Assembly (NCBI GenBank): GCA_963709585.1
Contig: CAVPXI010000007.1
Location: 256,001-320,000, forward strand
Origin: Candidatus Dormiibacterota bacterium
GTDB lineage: Bacteria > Chloroflexota > Dormibacteria > Aeolococcales > Aeolococcaceae
Reading direction: 5' to 3'
Length of the DNA stretch: 64,000 nucleotides
The position numbers were made by a program, and so were the translations under genes. The stretch's first letter is position 1, and each line of letters starts with the position of its first letter. Below are positions 41,477 through 51,650 of this stretch, piece by piece. A model generated the notes under the pieces. It was given only the letters and a program-made list of their open reading frames with translations. It was not told where the DNA came from and ran no database searches.

Positions 41477-41650
41477 ATGAACCTCTACCGGCTCATCGTT
41501 GGCGTCATCGTCCTGGCCATCGTGATCCCTGCATGGGCAGTTGGGGTACAGGCGATGTGGCTGGTCGCGATAGTGTGCGTCCTTGTCGTCATTGGCGCCG
41601 TCGGTGTTGGAACGCGTGTGTCGTCGATCCGAGAATGGTTGCGTCACTGA
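41477..41650 (+). CDS. small two-helix membrane protein
   Basis: Two hydrophobic stretches. Confidence 0.45.
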   Translation: MNLYRLIVGVIVLAIVIPAWAVGVQAMWLVAIVCVLVVIGAVGVGTRVSSIREWLRH

Positions 41651-42130
41651 TCACCTGGGTCCTGACGCGATACGCCATAGCGGAGGAACAGATGCCTGTC
41701 GACCGTCACGTGAGAACCGATCGCATCTGGTGAGCACCCAGGGTCGGCTGTCTGCTTTGTAGTGATACCGGTCAGTCCCGACGCACGGCACCAGGTCGAT
41801 GGGAAGTACTGAGTAATGTGGACTTAGCCCCTCTACAACCCCTCGATGATCTTGGCGTCCGTGAACCCGCGCGTATCGGCTGATCGAACGATACCCATGG
41901 TGATCATCGACTGATCTCAAGGTCCGCCATCGCGGGGCAGCAGGTCGTTCTTCGTTACGGCACATGGCGTACGGATTGCGCGGTGGAAGACACGTGACGT
42001 GGCGCTAATGCGGGGGTGTCTCGGGACACAACGGTGCTCATTTTGTGGCAAACTCGCCCCCCGGTCGACGACCGGCCCGGAGCCGAAGGATGGGTCTATC
42101 CGAGGCGCGTGAATGTAGAGGAAGTGCCAT

Positions 42131-42616
42131 ATGGCGATTGTGGGTCCGGCTCCTCCGATGCCACAAGACGAGTACGGATTGAGGATTGACGACCAGGTCG
42201 TGCAATTCCTCCAACTAAAACAGAAGCTTTCCTACTTCCTGATTACGGCTGCGGTCGCCGTAATAGCCTTCGTAGTCGGCTTCATCGCGGCGAACTCAAA
42301 GACTACCGCGGGATCGATAGCGATTACGCCGTTAGATGCAGTGCTCGTTATCGTGGGAAGTTCAGCTGGCATCGTAGGCGCGGGTGCGTCGCTTCTTTCG
42401 CTGCATTTCGGGCACCGATCCTTTGCTCTTCACCTCGAACACCGATATGACCACAAAGCGTATGCAGACCTTGACCGGTGTGACCAAATGGCGTGGGACC
42501 GAGTTGGCAAGTGGGCCCGCGTGTACTTGCTCACCGCCTTCGTGGCTCTATTTGTGGAGATCGTACTAATGGTGTCGTATTTTGTAGAATTCTTTCTCAT
42601 GAGGACACACGGATGA
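42131..42616 (+). CDS. hypothetical membrane protein (3 TM)
   Basis: GAGGA SD and three hydrophobic segments. Confidence 0.6.
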   Translation: MAIVGPAPPMPQDEYGLRIDDQVVQFLQLKQKLSYFLITAAVAVIAFVVGFIAANSKTTAGSIAITPLDAVLVIVGSSAGIVGAGASLLSLHFGHRSFALHLEHRYDHKAYADLDRCDQMAWDRVGKWARVYLLTAFVALFVEIVLMVSYFVEFFLMRTHG

Positions 42617-43218
42617 CGCATCATTTCAAAGCGACTTGCACTGTGAGGCGCGTAGGGACAACCGCTCGCCGACGCGCACCCGCCGCTGGTGGCGATCTCG
42701 TCAAAGCGGTGCAGAACCTCGTGAACGCATTGCCCGTCGGCGAGCTGGAGAAGCGCCTTGCGCGCCTTGAGAAGACAGTCGCGCGGCTCGAGACGAGCCT
42801 GCGTGGCGCTGCTCGTCGCGCGACCACCGCGGTCAGCCGTGGTAAGCGCTCCACTGCGAAACGCGCGACCGCGAAGCGCGCCGGCGCCAAGAAGACGGCG
42901 GCCCGCAAGACCGGCGCACGGAAGACCACGGCGCGTAAGACCACCGCGCGTAAGACCACTGCCCGCAAGACCACCGCGCGCAAGACCACTGCCCGCAAGA
43001 CCACTGCCCGCAAGACCACGGCGCGCAAGACCACTGCCCGCAAGACCACCGCCCGCAAGACCACTGCCCGCAAGATCACTGCCCGCAAGACCACTGCCCG
43101 CAAGACCACGGCGCGCAAGCCAGCAGCTCGGAAGACGACCGCGCGTACGCCTCTGGCCCAGCGTCGCGCAGTAGGCAAGCCGGACGCGACACCGCCTGCG
43201 ACCGCGAAATCGGCCTGA
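42613..43218 (+). CDS. histone H1-like protein (coiled coil + RKTTA repeats)
   Basis: Leucine-zipper-like LEKRLARLEKTVARLE followed by about 16 RKTTA-type pentapeptides. Confidence 0.75.
   Translation: MTHHFKATCTVRRVGTTARRRAPAAGGDLVKAVQNLVNALPVGELEKRLARLEKTVARLETSLRGAARRATTAVSRGKRSTAKRATAKRAGAKKTAARKTGARKTTARKTTARKTTARKTTARKTTARKTTARKTTARKTTARKTTARKTTARKITARKTTARKTTARKPAARKTTARTPLAQRRAVGKPDATPPATAKSA
42889..43146 (+). repeat. 15-bp coding tandem repeat (CGCAAGACCACTGCC consensus)
   Basis: Tandem copies varying mostly at synonymous third positions; encodes RKTTA. Confidence 0.9.
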
Positions 43219-43253
43219 GGGGACCGCCTCAGTCATCCCCCGGTTTTTCGTTC

Positions 43254-43283
43254 AGAGGGCCTTGGCCGGCGCCAGGGCCCTCT
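43254..43283. terminator. hairpin downstream of histone-like gene
   Basis: AGAGGGCCTTGGC/GCCAGGGCCCTCT stem. Confidence 0.45.
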
Positions 43284-43716
43284 TGAGTGTTGCCGGGAGA
43301 ACGAGGGCCTGGTATCGGATTTGACCGGTGTAATGCCAAATTACTCGTCCTATGCGCACCCTCCAAATGTCGCGTTGTTGACCTCGAGACCAGTGGTTGA
43401 TACGGCACTCCCGATGATGATCATCGACTACCTCCGTGGCCTGCAGATCTCTCGAAATCGCCTGCAATTCAGCATCTGATAGTACAAAATTACCGTTGCT
43501 ACCGGCGGCCCATAGTGCGGGCTGGAAAGGGCATCCAGCCCTTTGTCTCGCAGCGTCAGTGCGATTCTCCCTCCCGATTCGCAGCGTCCTGCTGGAGCCG
43601 CACGCGCCGCAGCGCGTGTGGCAGCGTAAGCGCACGCCAAGGCTTGGTATCTCGACGCCCGTGGCCACCCATATCCCCTCGGAGAGGATGGATCCTTGGA
43701 TCGGCCGGGCTCCGGG

Positions 43717-44595
43717 TCAAGGTCGACCTTTGCGGCCAAGCGATGCCTCAGCCGGAGCGTGATCCAAGCAATCCAACACTCCCCTCAGATAGTCGTGGGC
43801 GCGTCGGGCGAGTGCCGTCGGATCGACGTCCCGTCGGTTGAAACCGGCCTCAACGGTGAGAAACCCTGAGTACTCAGCGTTCTTCAAAGCCGTGATCATG
43901 GCGACAAAATCGGCCTCGCCATCGCCGGGGGCCAGTCGCCCGCGTTCCGCGACGTGCACATAACGCAGGTGTTCTAGCAATTCGCCAACATAGTCTGTGA
44001 GAACCTCGTTGCGGTACAGGACGTGAAAGGTATCGAACATGACCTTCACATTCGGAAGACCTACCTCGCGCATCAACCGCAAGGCGTCCCCTCCTGTCTC
44101 GACGATGTTGCTGTCTGCTGGAGTTGGCTCGATAACAATCGTAATGCCAAGGTCTGATGCGGCTTTAGCGATGTCGGTGAGACACTCACGCGTCCAAGAC
44201 CAGGCTTGTTCCTGGTCGACACCGTAAACGCGCCATCCCGCCACGAACACGAGGGTCAGACCGCCTAGTTGATTGCACAGCTCGAGGACGTCGCGCGTGT
44301 GCCGAACGGTGGCGCGACGCTCCTCGGGAATGAACGACGCCACATTATTTCCTGGTCCGCCGCCGGGGGCGGGGAGCATGGCGGATAGCGCGAGGTTGTG
44401 CGCATCAAGGAGGGAACGAAGGTCTCGACGCATGCTCTCATCGAGGTAGGCGGGGTATGCATGAGGGCTGGCCGCGACGATCTCAATACCGTCGTAGCCC
44501 ATGGCTGCCAATCTCGGGATGACGACATCGATGGGATACGCAGGTAACCATGTTGGAGCGCTCGAAAACGCGGCGGTTGAGAATGAGAGTTTCAT
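43717..44595 (-). CDS. sugar phosphate isomerase/epimerase (xylose isomerase-like TIM barrel)
   Basis: GYDGIE, IVIEP, MFDTFH, YVH, PGDG and LTVE metal-ligand motifs. Confidence 0.85.
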   Translation of the reverse strand: MKLSFSTAAFSSAPTWLPAYPIDVVIPRLAAMGYDGIEIVAASPHAYPAYLDESMRRDLRSLLDAHNLALSAMLPAPGGGPGNNVASFIPEERRATVRHTRDVLELCNQLGGLTLVFVAGWRVYGVDQEQAWSWTRECLTDIAKAASDLGITIVIEPTPADSNIVETGGDALRLMREVGLPNVKVMFDTFHVLYRNEVLTDYVGELLEHLRYVHVAERGRLAPGDGEADFVAMITALKNAEYSGFLTVEAGFNRRDVDPTALARRAHDYLRGVLDCLDHAPAEASLGRKGRP

Positions 44596-44618
44596 CGTGT
44601 CTGGTAGCCTATACCTAT

Positions 44619-45548
44619 CTATTTCGCGCTGTTAGAATCGCGGATCGCCGAGTAGGAAGGTACTCCCGCGGCGGCTCCGACCGCCTGCAACGACTTGGCG
44701 GCCACGAGAGTCGCAACCTCCGCTGCGGACTCGATCGTCTCTCCCTGCAGGAGCGCCACAATCAAGCCAGCATCAAAGGCGTCACCTGCCCCAGTGGCGT
44801 CGATGACGTTGGTTGATTGCGCGACGACCCGGTGGACGTGGCCGTTCTCTGCTACCAGGCAGCCCGCCGCGCCCATCTTGAGTACGACCGCACGTGCCCC
44901 GAGACGTAGAAGATGCAGCGCCAGCACACGCGCCTCAACTCTCGGATAGATCGCAGAAAGATCCTGAAAGCTGGGGGCCAGAACGTCCGCCTCTTTGACC
45001 ATCAATTCGAAGAGCGGGCGCGACGGTCCCATACCATGAGTCTCGTCAATAAGGGTGCGGATTCCCCGCTGGCGAGCGAGCGCCAACATCTCCACCGCCG
45101 GCTGGCCGTCGATTCGGGGTAGTGCGAAGATGTCTGGCATCACGAGCGCATCGCTTTCGAGCAAGGCGTCTCGATCGACCTCGTCGAGGGAGAACGTGCG
45201 ATTGCAGCCCGGTGTGTGGGTGAATGTTCGCTCTCCGTTTGATCCAATGCCAACGAAGGTGAAAGGGGTCGGTTCAATCGGGTCCACGTAGACAGTCGAG
45301 GCATCTACGCCAGCGGCCGCTACCTCTTCACACAGAAATCGGCCGCAGAAGTCGTCGCCCACCTTGGCAAAGAGTCGTGCGGTAAGGCCAAGCCGTGCCG
45401 TCACGGCTGCTACATTGGTTGCGCCGCCACCAGGCTGCAGCCGAACATGCGTGGTGTTTACTTGAGGTTGGCTTTGACTTGGATAGTGGTCCAGCGGCCA
45501 ACTTACAGCGTCGACCAGGGCCAGTCCGAGGCACGCGATCCTCATCAA
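44619..45548 (-). CDS. PfkB-family carbohydrate kinase
   Basis: GGGATNVA..KVGDD..G; DATGAGDAFDAG. Confidence 0.9.
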   Translation of the reverse strand: MMRIACLGLALVDAVSWPLDHYPSQSQPQVNTTHVRLQPGGGATNVAAVTARLGLTARLFAKVGDDFCGRFLCEEVAAAGVDASTVYVDPIEPTPFTFVGIGSNGERTFTHTPGCNRTFSLDEVDRDALLESDALVMPDIFALPRIDGQPAVEMLALARQRGIRTLIDETHGMGPSRPLFELMVKEADVLAPSFQDLSAIYPRVEARVLALHLLRLGARAVVLKMGAAGCLVAENGHVHRVVAQSTNVIDATGAGDAFDAGLIVALLQGETIESAAEVATLVAAKSLQAVGAAAGVPSYSAIRDSNSAK

Positions 45549-46879
45549 CGAACGAGCGTGTTAGTCATAGGATATACATCCCTCGCGGTCTGCCTCAGCA
45601 TCTGCCGCGCCACTAGTTCCGCCTCTTCCAAGCTGTACTGGCCGCGGTCGATTCTTGAAGCTAAAGCTTCGGCAAGTAGATGCCTAATAAGCACCGCCTT
45701 GGTGTATGTCCATTCCAGGCTATACGCATCGGAGAAGAACCCGATCTGACGATTGGCCGGAAGCATATCCAAGCGCTCATCGATCACCTGGCGAATCGCA
45801 GTGGGAAAGAAGTTGTGCCACCAATAGGCGGCGAGGGTCAAATTGGGCAGTTCGCGGCAAAGGGTTGTCATTGCTTGGTTCGCGTGGCGGCTTGACAGCA
45901 GGCAAACGAATCGTATGGCTGGGTGCCTAGCCACCATGTCGCCCACGGCTCTGATTGCAGCTTGGGGGGCAATGCTGCCTGTCTCATGCGGTAGGGGCTC
46001 AGCTCCAAAGCTGAACTGGAAGACGATGGGCGTCGAGAGACGCGCTATGTGTTCTAACAACAACTCGTTCAGATAGGCTGCGTAGACATCCTGCTCCTCT
46101 TGCCCTGCGGAGCCGCGACGCAGAAGCGCGGCGCGCATCATCGCCTCCGAAACGGGCGACAAGCTCAGCTCCGTCGAGATGTGCGTTGCGAGAGAGACTA
46201 CGGGCGCCTCGGCCAATTGCGCCACGAAGTATTTCATCGCTTCGTGGACATCATCGATCGTAACGATTGTTCGGGACGTTTGCGGGCGCTGGGCAGTTCC
46301 GTGGGCGACCGGGACTCCGGGAGGCTCGCCCCATGTTCGCTCTAACTCGTACAGCGGCGTGTCAAACACTCCGCGTTGTACGCGTGTGAAGAACGCCCAT
46401 TCCATGGAGTACTCGAGAATGTCGATATCAACGTCGGCGGCACGCGAAAGCTCAGTTGTTAGACGCTCCACATTGCAGCGAGTCAGGATTTCACGCTGCC
46501 ATCCGCGGTCGTCGGCCCGCTCCGCAATCTGCCGATTGAGGCGACGCCAATTCTCCGGGGTGAGTTGCTCGGTCCAATTGTACAGATCGCGCAGGGCGGT
46601 ACGAAGGAGCCAGTAGCAACTCGTGTTGAGGATCCGAGGGACGTATGGGACGGCTTCTTTGATGCGGACCTCGGCCTCGCGCTCTGTCGGCTGACCGGGC
46701 CACTCAGTCAATCGATCGCCGCTCGGACATCCCGATGCGTACAGATCACTGACGACCATGTGGTACAGGAGCACGTCATGCAGACCCCTAGCCGTGAGCC
46801 GACCGCCCGTCAGGTGAGTGTGGGCATCGATGAGTGGGATGGACTTGAGCATCTCCAACACTTCAGCCTGCGTGGTCAT
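45545..46879 (-). CDS. amidohydrolase-fold protein, uronate isomerase (UxaC)-like
   Basis: PLIDAHTH, LLYHMVVSDL, AYWWHNF, FFSDAY..EW..K. Confidence 0.7.
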   Translation of the reverse strand: MTTQAEVLEMLKSIPLIDAHTHLTGGRLTARGLHDVLLYHMVVSDLYASGCPSGDRLTEWPGQPTEREAEVRIKEAVPYVPRILNTSCYWLLRTALRDLYNWTEQLTPENWRRLNRQIAERADDRGWQREILTRCNVERLTTELSRAADVDIDILEYSMEWAFFTRVQRGVFDTPLYELERTWGEPPGVPVAHGTAQRPQTSRTIVTIDDVHEAMKYFVAQLAEAPVVSLATHISTELSLSPVSEAMMRAALLRRGSAGQEEQDVYAAYLNELLLEHIARLSTPIVFQFSFGAEPLPHETGSIAPQAAIRAVGDMVARHPAIRFVCLLSSRHANQAMTTLCRELPNLTLAAYWWHNFFPTAIRQVIDERLDMLPANRQIGFFSDAYSLEWTYTKAVLIRHLLAEALASRIDRGQYSLEEAELVARQMLRQTARDVYPMTNTLVR

Positions 46880-46996
46880 CAAGTTCCTTCTGGCCGCAGC
46901 CCGATGGTCGTCGCCCGGCACCTGATGCAAGAGGTGGCGCTACGGTCCGATACGGCTTGAGGCCTCCGTAGCCGGTTGCGAGCAGCGCAGCACGAC

Positions 46997-48184
46997 TCAC
47001 TTTAAGACCTCCGTCCAGCTCCTCGTCCCGGTAAACTCCGCCACGGCCGCGATGACTCGCTGCACCTGCAGTCCGTCGGCGAACGACGGTCGCGGATCTC
47101 GATCCTCGGTGATGGCCTCAACGAATGCGGCCACTTCATGTGTGAAGGCGTGCTCCCAGCCGAGGATATGGCCTGGCGGCCACCAACCCCCGAGCCACGG
47201 ATGCCGCGGATCCGTCATCGGGATGCTCCGAAATCCACGTTCGCCTATGGGCATGGTTCGGTCAAACAACTCGAGCTCATTCAGGCGCTCTAGTGAAAAC
47301 CGAATCGAGCCCTCGGTGCCACCGATCTCGAGGCGGAGGTCGTTCAAATGGCCAGCAGCCACCCTACTGACTTCGAAGGATGCGACTACTCCGTCGGTCA
47401 GTTCTGCAAGGAAGGCTGAAGCGCCGCGTGCAGCTCTCGATGGCTCCCTCGTTGGGGTCAGCTCAGGCGTTGGAACGTGGGGCATTGATCGATCACGATT
47501 CGGAGAGGTGAACGGGGAGCGGTCTCCGAAGGAAGGCGCTCCCACTAGCCGTTGAATATTGTGTCCAGCAACGTGCTGCGCGAGGTCGACTACGTGCGAG
47601 CCAAGATCTGAAAGAGCGCCGAGTGGCGAGCGCTCCGAGTCCGACTTCCAAGTCGTCTCAGATTCTGGATCCTCCAACCAGTCCTGAAGGTAGGAACATC
47701 GCAAATGAGTGAGCTGGCCGAGCCGATCTTCTGAGATCAAACGCCGGGTCAATTCCAAGGCCGGGACCCGTCGATAGTTGAATCCCACCATCGCCCGCAC
47801 ACCACGTCTTGAGGCGCGCTCAGCGGCGGATACCATGTCTGTGGCCTCGGAGACGCAGCTGGCGAGCGGCTTCTCGCAGAGCACGTGTTTGCCGGACTTC
47901 AACGCCGCCACTCCAATCGTCGCGTGGAGATAATCGGGAGCGCAGATGTCGACGACATCAAGATCGGAGCGTGCGACGAGCTCTTCCCAGCTGCTCTCGA
48001 CGTTGGCCCATCCGAGCCGAACCGCGGCGGCGGTAGCGGCGACACGATCTCGGCCGGCCAGCGCCACGAGCTCAGGCCGAAGCCTAAGAGGGAAGGCTCG
48101 CGCGACCACACTCCAAGCATTGGTGTGAACGCGCGCGATAAAGCCGTGTCCGACGATTCCAATTCGAAGAGTGGCCGGTTTCAC
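46997..48184 (-). CDS. Gfo/Idh/MocA family oxidoreductase
   Basis: IGIVGHGF, HVLCEKPL, GFNYR, DLGSH, WWPPGHILGWEH. Confidence 0.92.
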   Translation of the reverse strand: MKPATLRIGIVGHGFIARVHTNAWSVVARAFPLRLRPELVALAGRDRVAATAAAVRLGWANVESSWEELVARSDLDVVDICAPDYLHATIGVAALKSGKHVLCEKPLASCVSEATDMVSAAERASRRGVRAMVGFNYRRVPALELTRRLISEDRLGQLTHLRCSYLQDWLEDPESETTWKSDSERSPLGALSDLGSHVVDLAQHVAGHNIQRLVGAPSFGDRSPFTSPNRDRSMPHVPTPELTPTREPSRAARGASAFLAELTDGVVASFEVSRVAAGHLNDLRLEIGGTEGSIRFSLERLNELELFDRTMPIGERGFRSIPMTDPRHPWLGGWWPPGHILGWEHAFTHEVAAFVEAITEDRDPRPSFADGLQVQRVIAAVAEFTGTRSWTEVLK

Positions 48185-49209
48185 TTGGGCGCCTCCGCCC
48201 TACGGCCGAGCCCAAGGACAGTAGCCGCGTACTCCATCGACCTCGCAACCGCAACGAGCTCGCGTTCGGCTTCCAGTCCATCTGAGTCACAGGACTCGAT
48301 GATCGCGTGCTCCCCATTCTCGACCCAGGCCATGTAATCCATGAAGATCCAGGCGGGAACGTCCCGATAAGCGGACCAGAACTCCGCCTGCCGATAGTGG
48401 AACTCTCGGGGCGGTACTCCTATAATTTCAAGCTCGAAGGGACTCCCTGGACAGAGATCGGCGAAGCGTTTCGCGAGCCTGGGTAAGTCAACTGTTCCTT
48501 CGCCGAGCGGAACCCATTCGACGACCGCCCCGTCTTCCGTCGGCCGTGCTCGGCAGTCGCGAATGCCGGAGGTAAGAACGTAGGGGGCAATGACCTCCAG
48601 AGCTGCGGCTGGATCCTCAAGCGTCCAGGCGGCATTGCCGGTGTCAAAGAGGGCGCCCACGAAGTGAGGACCGGCACGCTCGATCAGATTCCTCAATTGC
48701 ACCGACTGGAGGTCGCCTGAGTGATTCTCAACCGCGATCTTGATACCGAGACCCATCGCAACTGGTTCGACCGCTTGAAGTACGCGAACGGTTTCATCCA
48801 TGAGCAGAGCGAAGGCCGCCAGACGCTCGGCCGGGCTGGCGGATTCACTAGGTTGAAATCGGTCCTCGGCGCCACCTTGAAAGCAGCGCACTATTGGAGA
48901 ACCCAAGCGCTGCGCGATGTGGAGCATTTGGATGAGCTGGTCCTCGGCTGAACCCGCTAACGGTTCGAACCAATTGGACAGCGCGCAGATCGAACCCATG
49001 CCAACCTCGAGACCTAGTTCAAGTTCGTTCGCCAACGCACGTATTGATGTCAGGTGGCGGTCGGTCAGATCTCCGAGAAAGCGCGGCTCTGAAAAGTGGA
49101 CAACCTCCGCTCCGAGCCCCGCGCAGTAGTCGAGAAGCCGCTCCGCGCTCCAATTTTGGGAGCGCAAGCTGTAGACATCCAACCCGAGCCGCGGTCTTGC
49201 CGGAATCAT
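48181..49209 (-). CDS. sugar phosphate isomerase/epimerase TIM-barrel protein
   Basis: IAVENHSGD, FDTGN, WVPLGEG. Confidence 0.82.
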   Translation of the reverse strand: MIPARPRLGLDVYSLRSQNWSAERLLDYCAGLGAEVVHFSEPRFLGDLTDRHLTSIRALANELELGLEVGMGSICALSNWFEPLAGSAEDQLIQMLHIAQRLGSPIVRCFQGGAEDRFQPSESASPAERLAAFALLMDETVRVLQAVEPVAMGLGIKIAVENHSGDLQSVQLRNLIERAGPHFVGALFDTGNAAWTLEDPAAALEVIAPYVLTSGIRDCRARPTEDGAVVEWVPLGEGTVDLPRLAKRFADLCPGSPFELEIIGVPPREFHYRQAEFWSAYRDVPAWIFMDYMAWVENGEHAIIESCDSDGLEAERELVAVARSMEYAATVLGLGRRAEAPK

Positions 49210-50117
49210 GGACCAACTACGGTGACGGTGGAGTCAGCGATTCCTTCATGGGAACGCTCGGGGAGATGTGACGTCTCGTCAACACGGACCTGCGTGACCT
49301 CGACACCAAGAGCTCGGATCCCTTCGATCTCATCAGAATCCGCCAGTTCCGACGTGACGATATGCGCTACGGCCGTGAGAGGCGCGACCCTGATAAGCGA
49401 CTCCTCCCCGAACTTGGAGTGATCGACCAGCAGAATCACTTCCGATGCTGCCGCGATCATGGCTCGTTTCGCAGGCACTTCTTCGGGAATGGGGTTCGTG
49501 ATGCCCGACCGGACGGAGATGCTGTGCGCGGCCAAGAAGGTCCGTTCGACATGGATCTCCCTCAGTGATGCGATCGTCATATCCCCGACAGCAGCGAAGG
49601 TCGCTGGACGGACCATGCCGCCGATGAGCATCAGCGTCACATGCGGGTTCTTGGTCAGTTCGGCGGCATGGGTGACGGCATTCGTGGCGACAACGAGATC
49701 TCTCTTACCGCGCAGTTCACGGATCAGGTACATCGTGGTCGTGCCAGCGTCGACGATAAGCGTGTCGCCATCCTGAACAAATCGCGCAGCGAACTTGGCG
49801 ATGGCGCGCTTCTCCGCCTCGTGCTTTAGTAGGCGTCCCGCGTATGTGGTTTCCGAGAGCGCCCCAGTCGCGACTGCACCACCATGCACGCGCTCCACGA
49901 CGCCCATTGCCTCTAGCCGCTTCAGGTCGCGCCGGACTGTTTCGTCGGTAACGGCGAACGTCTCGACTAGTTCGCTGGCACGGACAGAACCATCGCGGGT
50001 AACGATGTCGGCAATCGTCCGAAGGCGCCCGCCACTGATCGCGCGGCGTGTCACAAGCTTCCCGGAGCCCTGGTCACCATCCCCAGCGGACATTTCATCT
50101 ACCGCGCCTATTTCCAC
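49206..50117 (-). CDS. DeoR/GlpR family transcriptional regulator
   Basis: ETVRRDL..VERVHGGA; DAGTT; DHSKFG. Confidence 0.92.
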   Translation of the reverse strand: MEIGAVDEMSAGDGDQGSGKLVTRRAISGGRLRTIADIVTRDGSVRASELVETFAVTDETVRRDLKRLEAMGVVERVHGGAVATGALSETTYAGRLLKHEAEKRAIAKFAARFVQDGDTLIVDAGTTTMYLIRELRGKRDLVVATNAVTHAAELTKNPHVTLMLIGGMVRPATFAAVGDMTIASLREIHVERTFLAAHSISVRSGITNPIPEEVPAKRAMIAAASEVILLVDHSKFGEESLIRVAPLTAVAHIVTSELADSDEIEGIRALGVEVTQVRVDETSHLPERSHEGIADSTVTVVGP

Positions 50118-50189
50118 GGCCCTACCTACCGTCAGGCCGCGCGCAGGAGTAACGCCACCACCTACCCTGGCACCATGCGGCGCGGAGCA

Positions 50190-51050
50190 TCAGGGCGCTG
50201 TCAGCTGCGCTACGGCGGCATCCAGATCGGAGTGCTGCACAGCGATGCGGATCGCTCGAATCATCGTTGCTGGATCAGGCTGGTCCCAGATGTTGCGCCC
50301 CATTGCGATCCCCACAGCGCCGGCGCGAGCCACTGTGACGATATCCTCGAGGACTTCTCGCTGAGTGGGACGTCGAGGCCCCCCGAGGACGACCACTGGA
50401 ATCGGCGCGGAACATACGATGTTCTCGAAGAATTCGGGATCTCCCCAGTATTCGATCTTTAGGATATCTGCCCCCATTTCAATTGCCTTGCGGGCACCAT
50501 CAGCGCCGATCTCCCTCCGTTCTTGCGCATCGGCTGGCACGGCTTCGCCCCAGAGATACGGCTCGATGATGAGAGGGATTTCCCAATGGTGGCACTCTTC
50601 AGCTGTCCGGGCGAGATACTGCAGGTTGGCGAGCTCGGCCGCGCGATCTGCGAATCCCACCACGAGCATCGTCTTGACAGCGTCGGCGCCCAATCGGAGG
50701 GCCTCCTCCACCGAGGCTTGCGGACCGTGAGCCACCACGGGGCCGGCACCCCGGATGCCAGCATGCATCACCTGGTCAAGAGCGATGATCAGACTCGGAC
50801 TGTCTCGCGTCGACAGGTCTTTTACGAGCCTGCGTGCGAGGCCTGCATTCAGTAGGACCCCATTTGGCTTCTCGACGATCGCCTTCGCTAACACTTCGCG
50901 AGGGTTCCGCAACCCATTGACGAATCCAGCGATGCCGTGGTCCATCGCAACGATGACAGCGAACTCGTCGGGCGAGCCCAACAACCGCGCTAACCGTCGC
51001 CCGCAGCCCGCAGCTAGGTCGCTGATTCCTCTACGAATATGTGGAGTCAC
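50190..51050 (-). CDS. class I aldolase (DhnA/LsrF family)
   Basis: VAMDHG, GADAV, GADILK, VVVLGG, GRNIW. Confidence 0.88.
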   Translation of the reverse strand: MTPHIRRGISDLAAGCGRRLARLLGSPDEFAVIVAMDHGIAGFVNGLRNPREVLAKAIVEKPNGVLLNAGLARRLVKDLSTRDSPSLIIALDQVMHAGIRGAGPVVAHGPQASVEEALRLGADAVKTMLVVGFADRAAELANLQYLARTAEECHHWEIPLIIEPYLWGEAVPADAQERREIGADGARKAIEMGADILKIEYWGDPEFFENIVCSAPIPVVVLGGPRRPTQREVLEDIVTVARAGAVGIAMGRNIWDQPDPATMIRAIRIAVQHSDLDAAVAQLTAP

Positions 51051-51650
51051 AACTGACCAGCCTTCCTCCTAACGCGCCTGACAGCCGTTTCGGTGTCGCC
51101 TCAACACTCCTTTTGGCCCGCCAGCGGACGGGGCGCACGGATGCGTCAATCTGAGACCGGATTGTGTGGATTCTTGTGGGCTTCTGTCAACGGCAACCCT
51201 GCCAAGCCCTGCCCTTAGGTAGGTTATGTGGGTTTGGATCCAGGAAACCATGAAAGACCGACCTCCAAGGCACCAATTTCCGTGGTATTGTACCCGGCCA
51301 TGCGTGGGTTACGCATTGTTAGGGGCCAACCCCAAGGCAGTTTGCAGGTCCCCGCCCGACGGGCTGCGGAGGTTTCCGAATTGCGTCCCAGCACACTGGC
51401 ACGGATTCACGTATGCCCGGGTCGGTCCTTCCTAGTCGCTACAGAACCGGCGTGGAGCGCTCGCTGCGGGGGACTCGGCGAGGCTCGGACTGAGTCCGCG
51501 CCGGGGCATGCTCAAACGCCGGCGGTCCGTCGAGGCCACGAGCGCTTATCGAAGCCTGTTTGCTCGAGAAGAGCAGCGAGCATCCGGTATAGCGAAGAAC
51601 GCAGGAAGGCCCTTGGAAACGCACCCTTTCGCGTGGCGTTTAGGTAGCGG

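Noticed and set aside
42889-43146. Tandem repeat as CRISPR array or non-coding VNTR
   Set aside because: No spacers and no cas genes; variation is mostly at synonymous positions of an RKTTA-coding frame.
51228-51647. ORF upstream of ribokinase as RbsD ribose pyranase
   Set aside because: No RbsD motifs in the frames examined; treated as intergenic.
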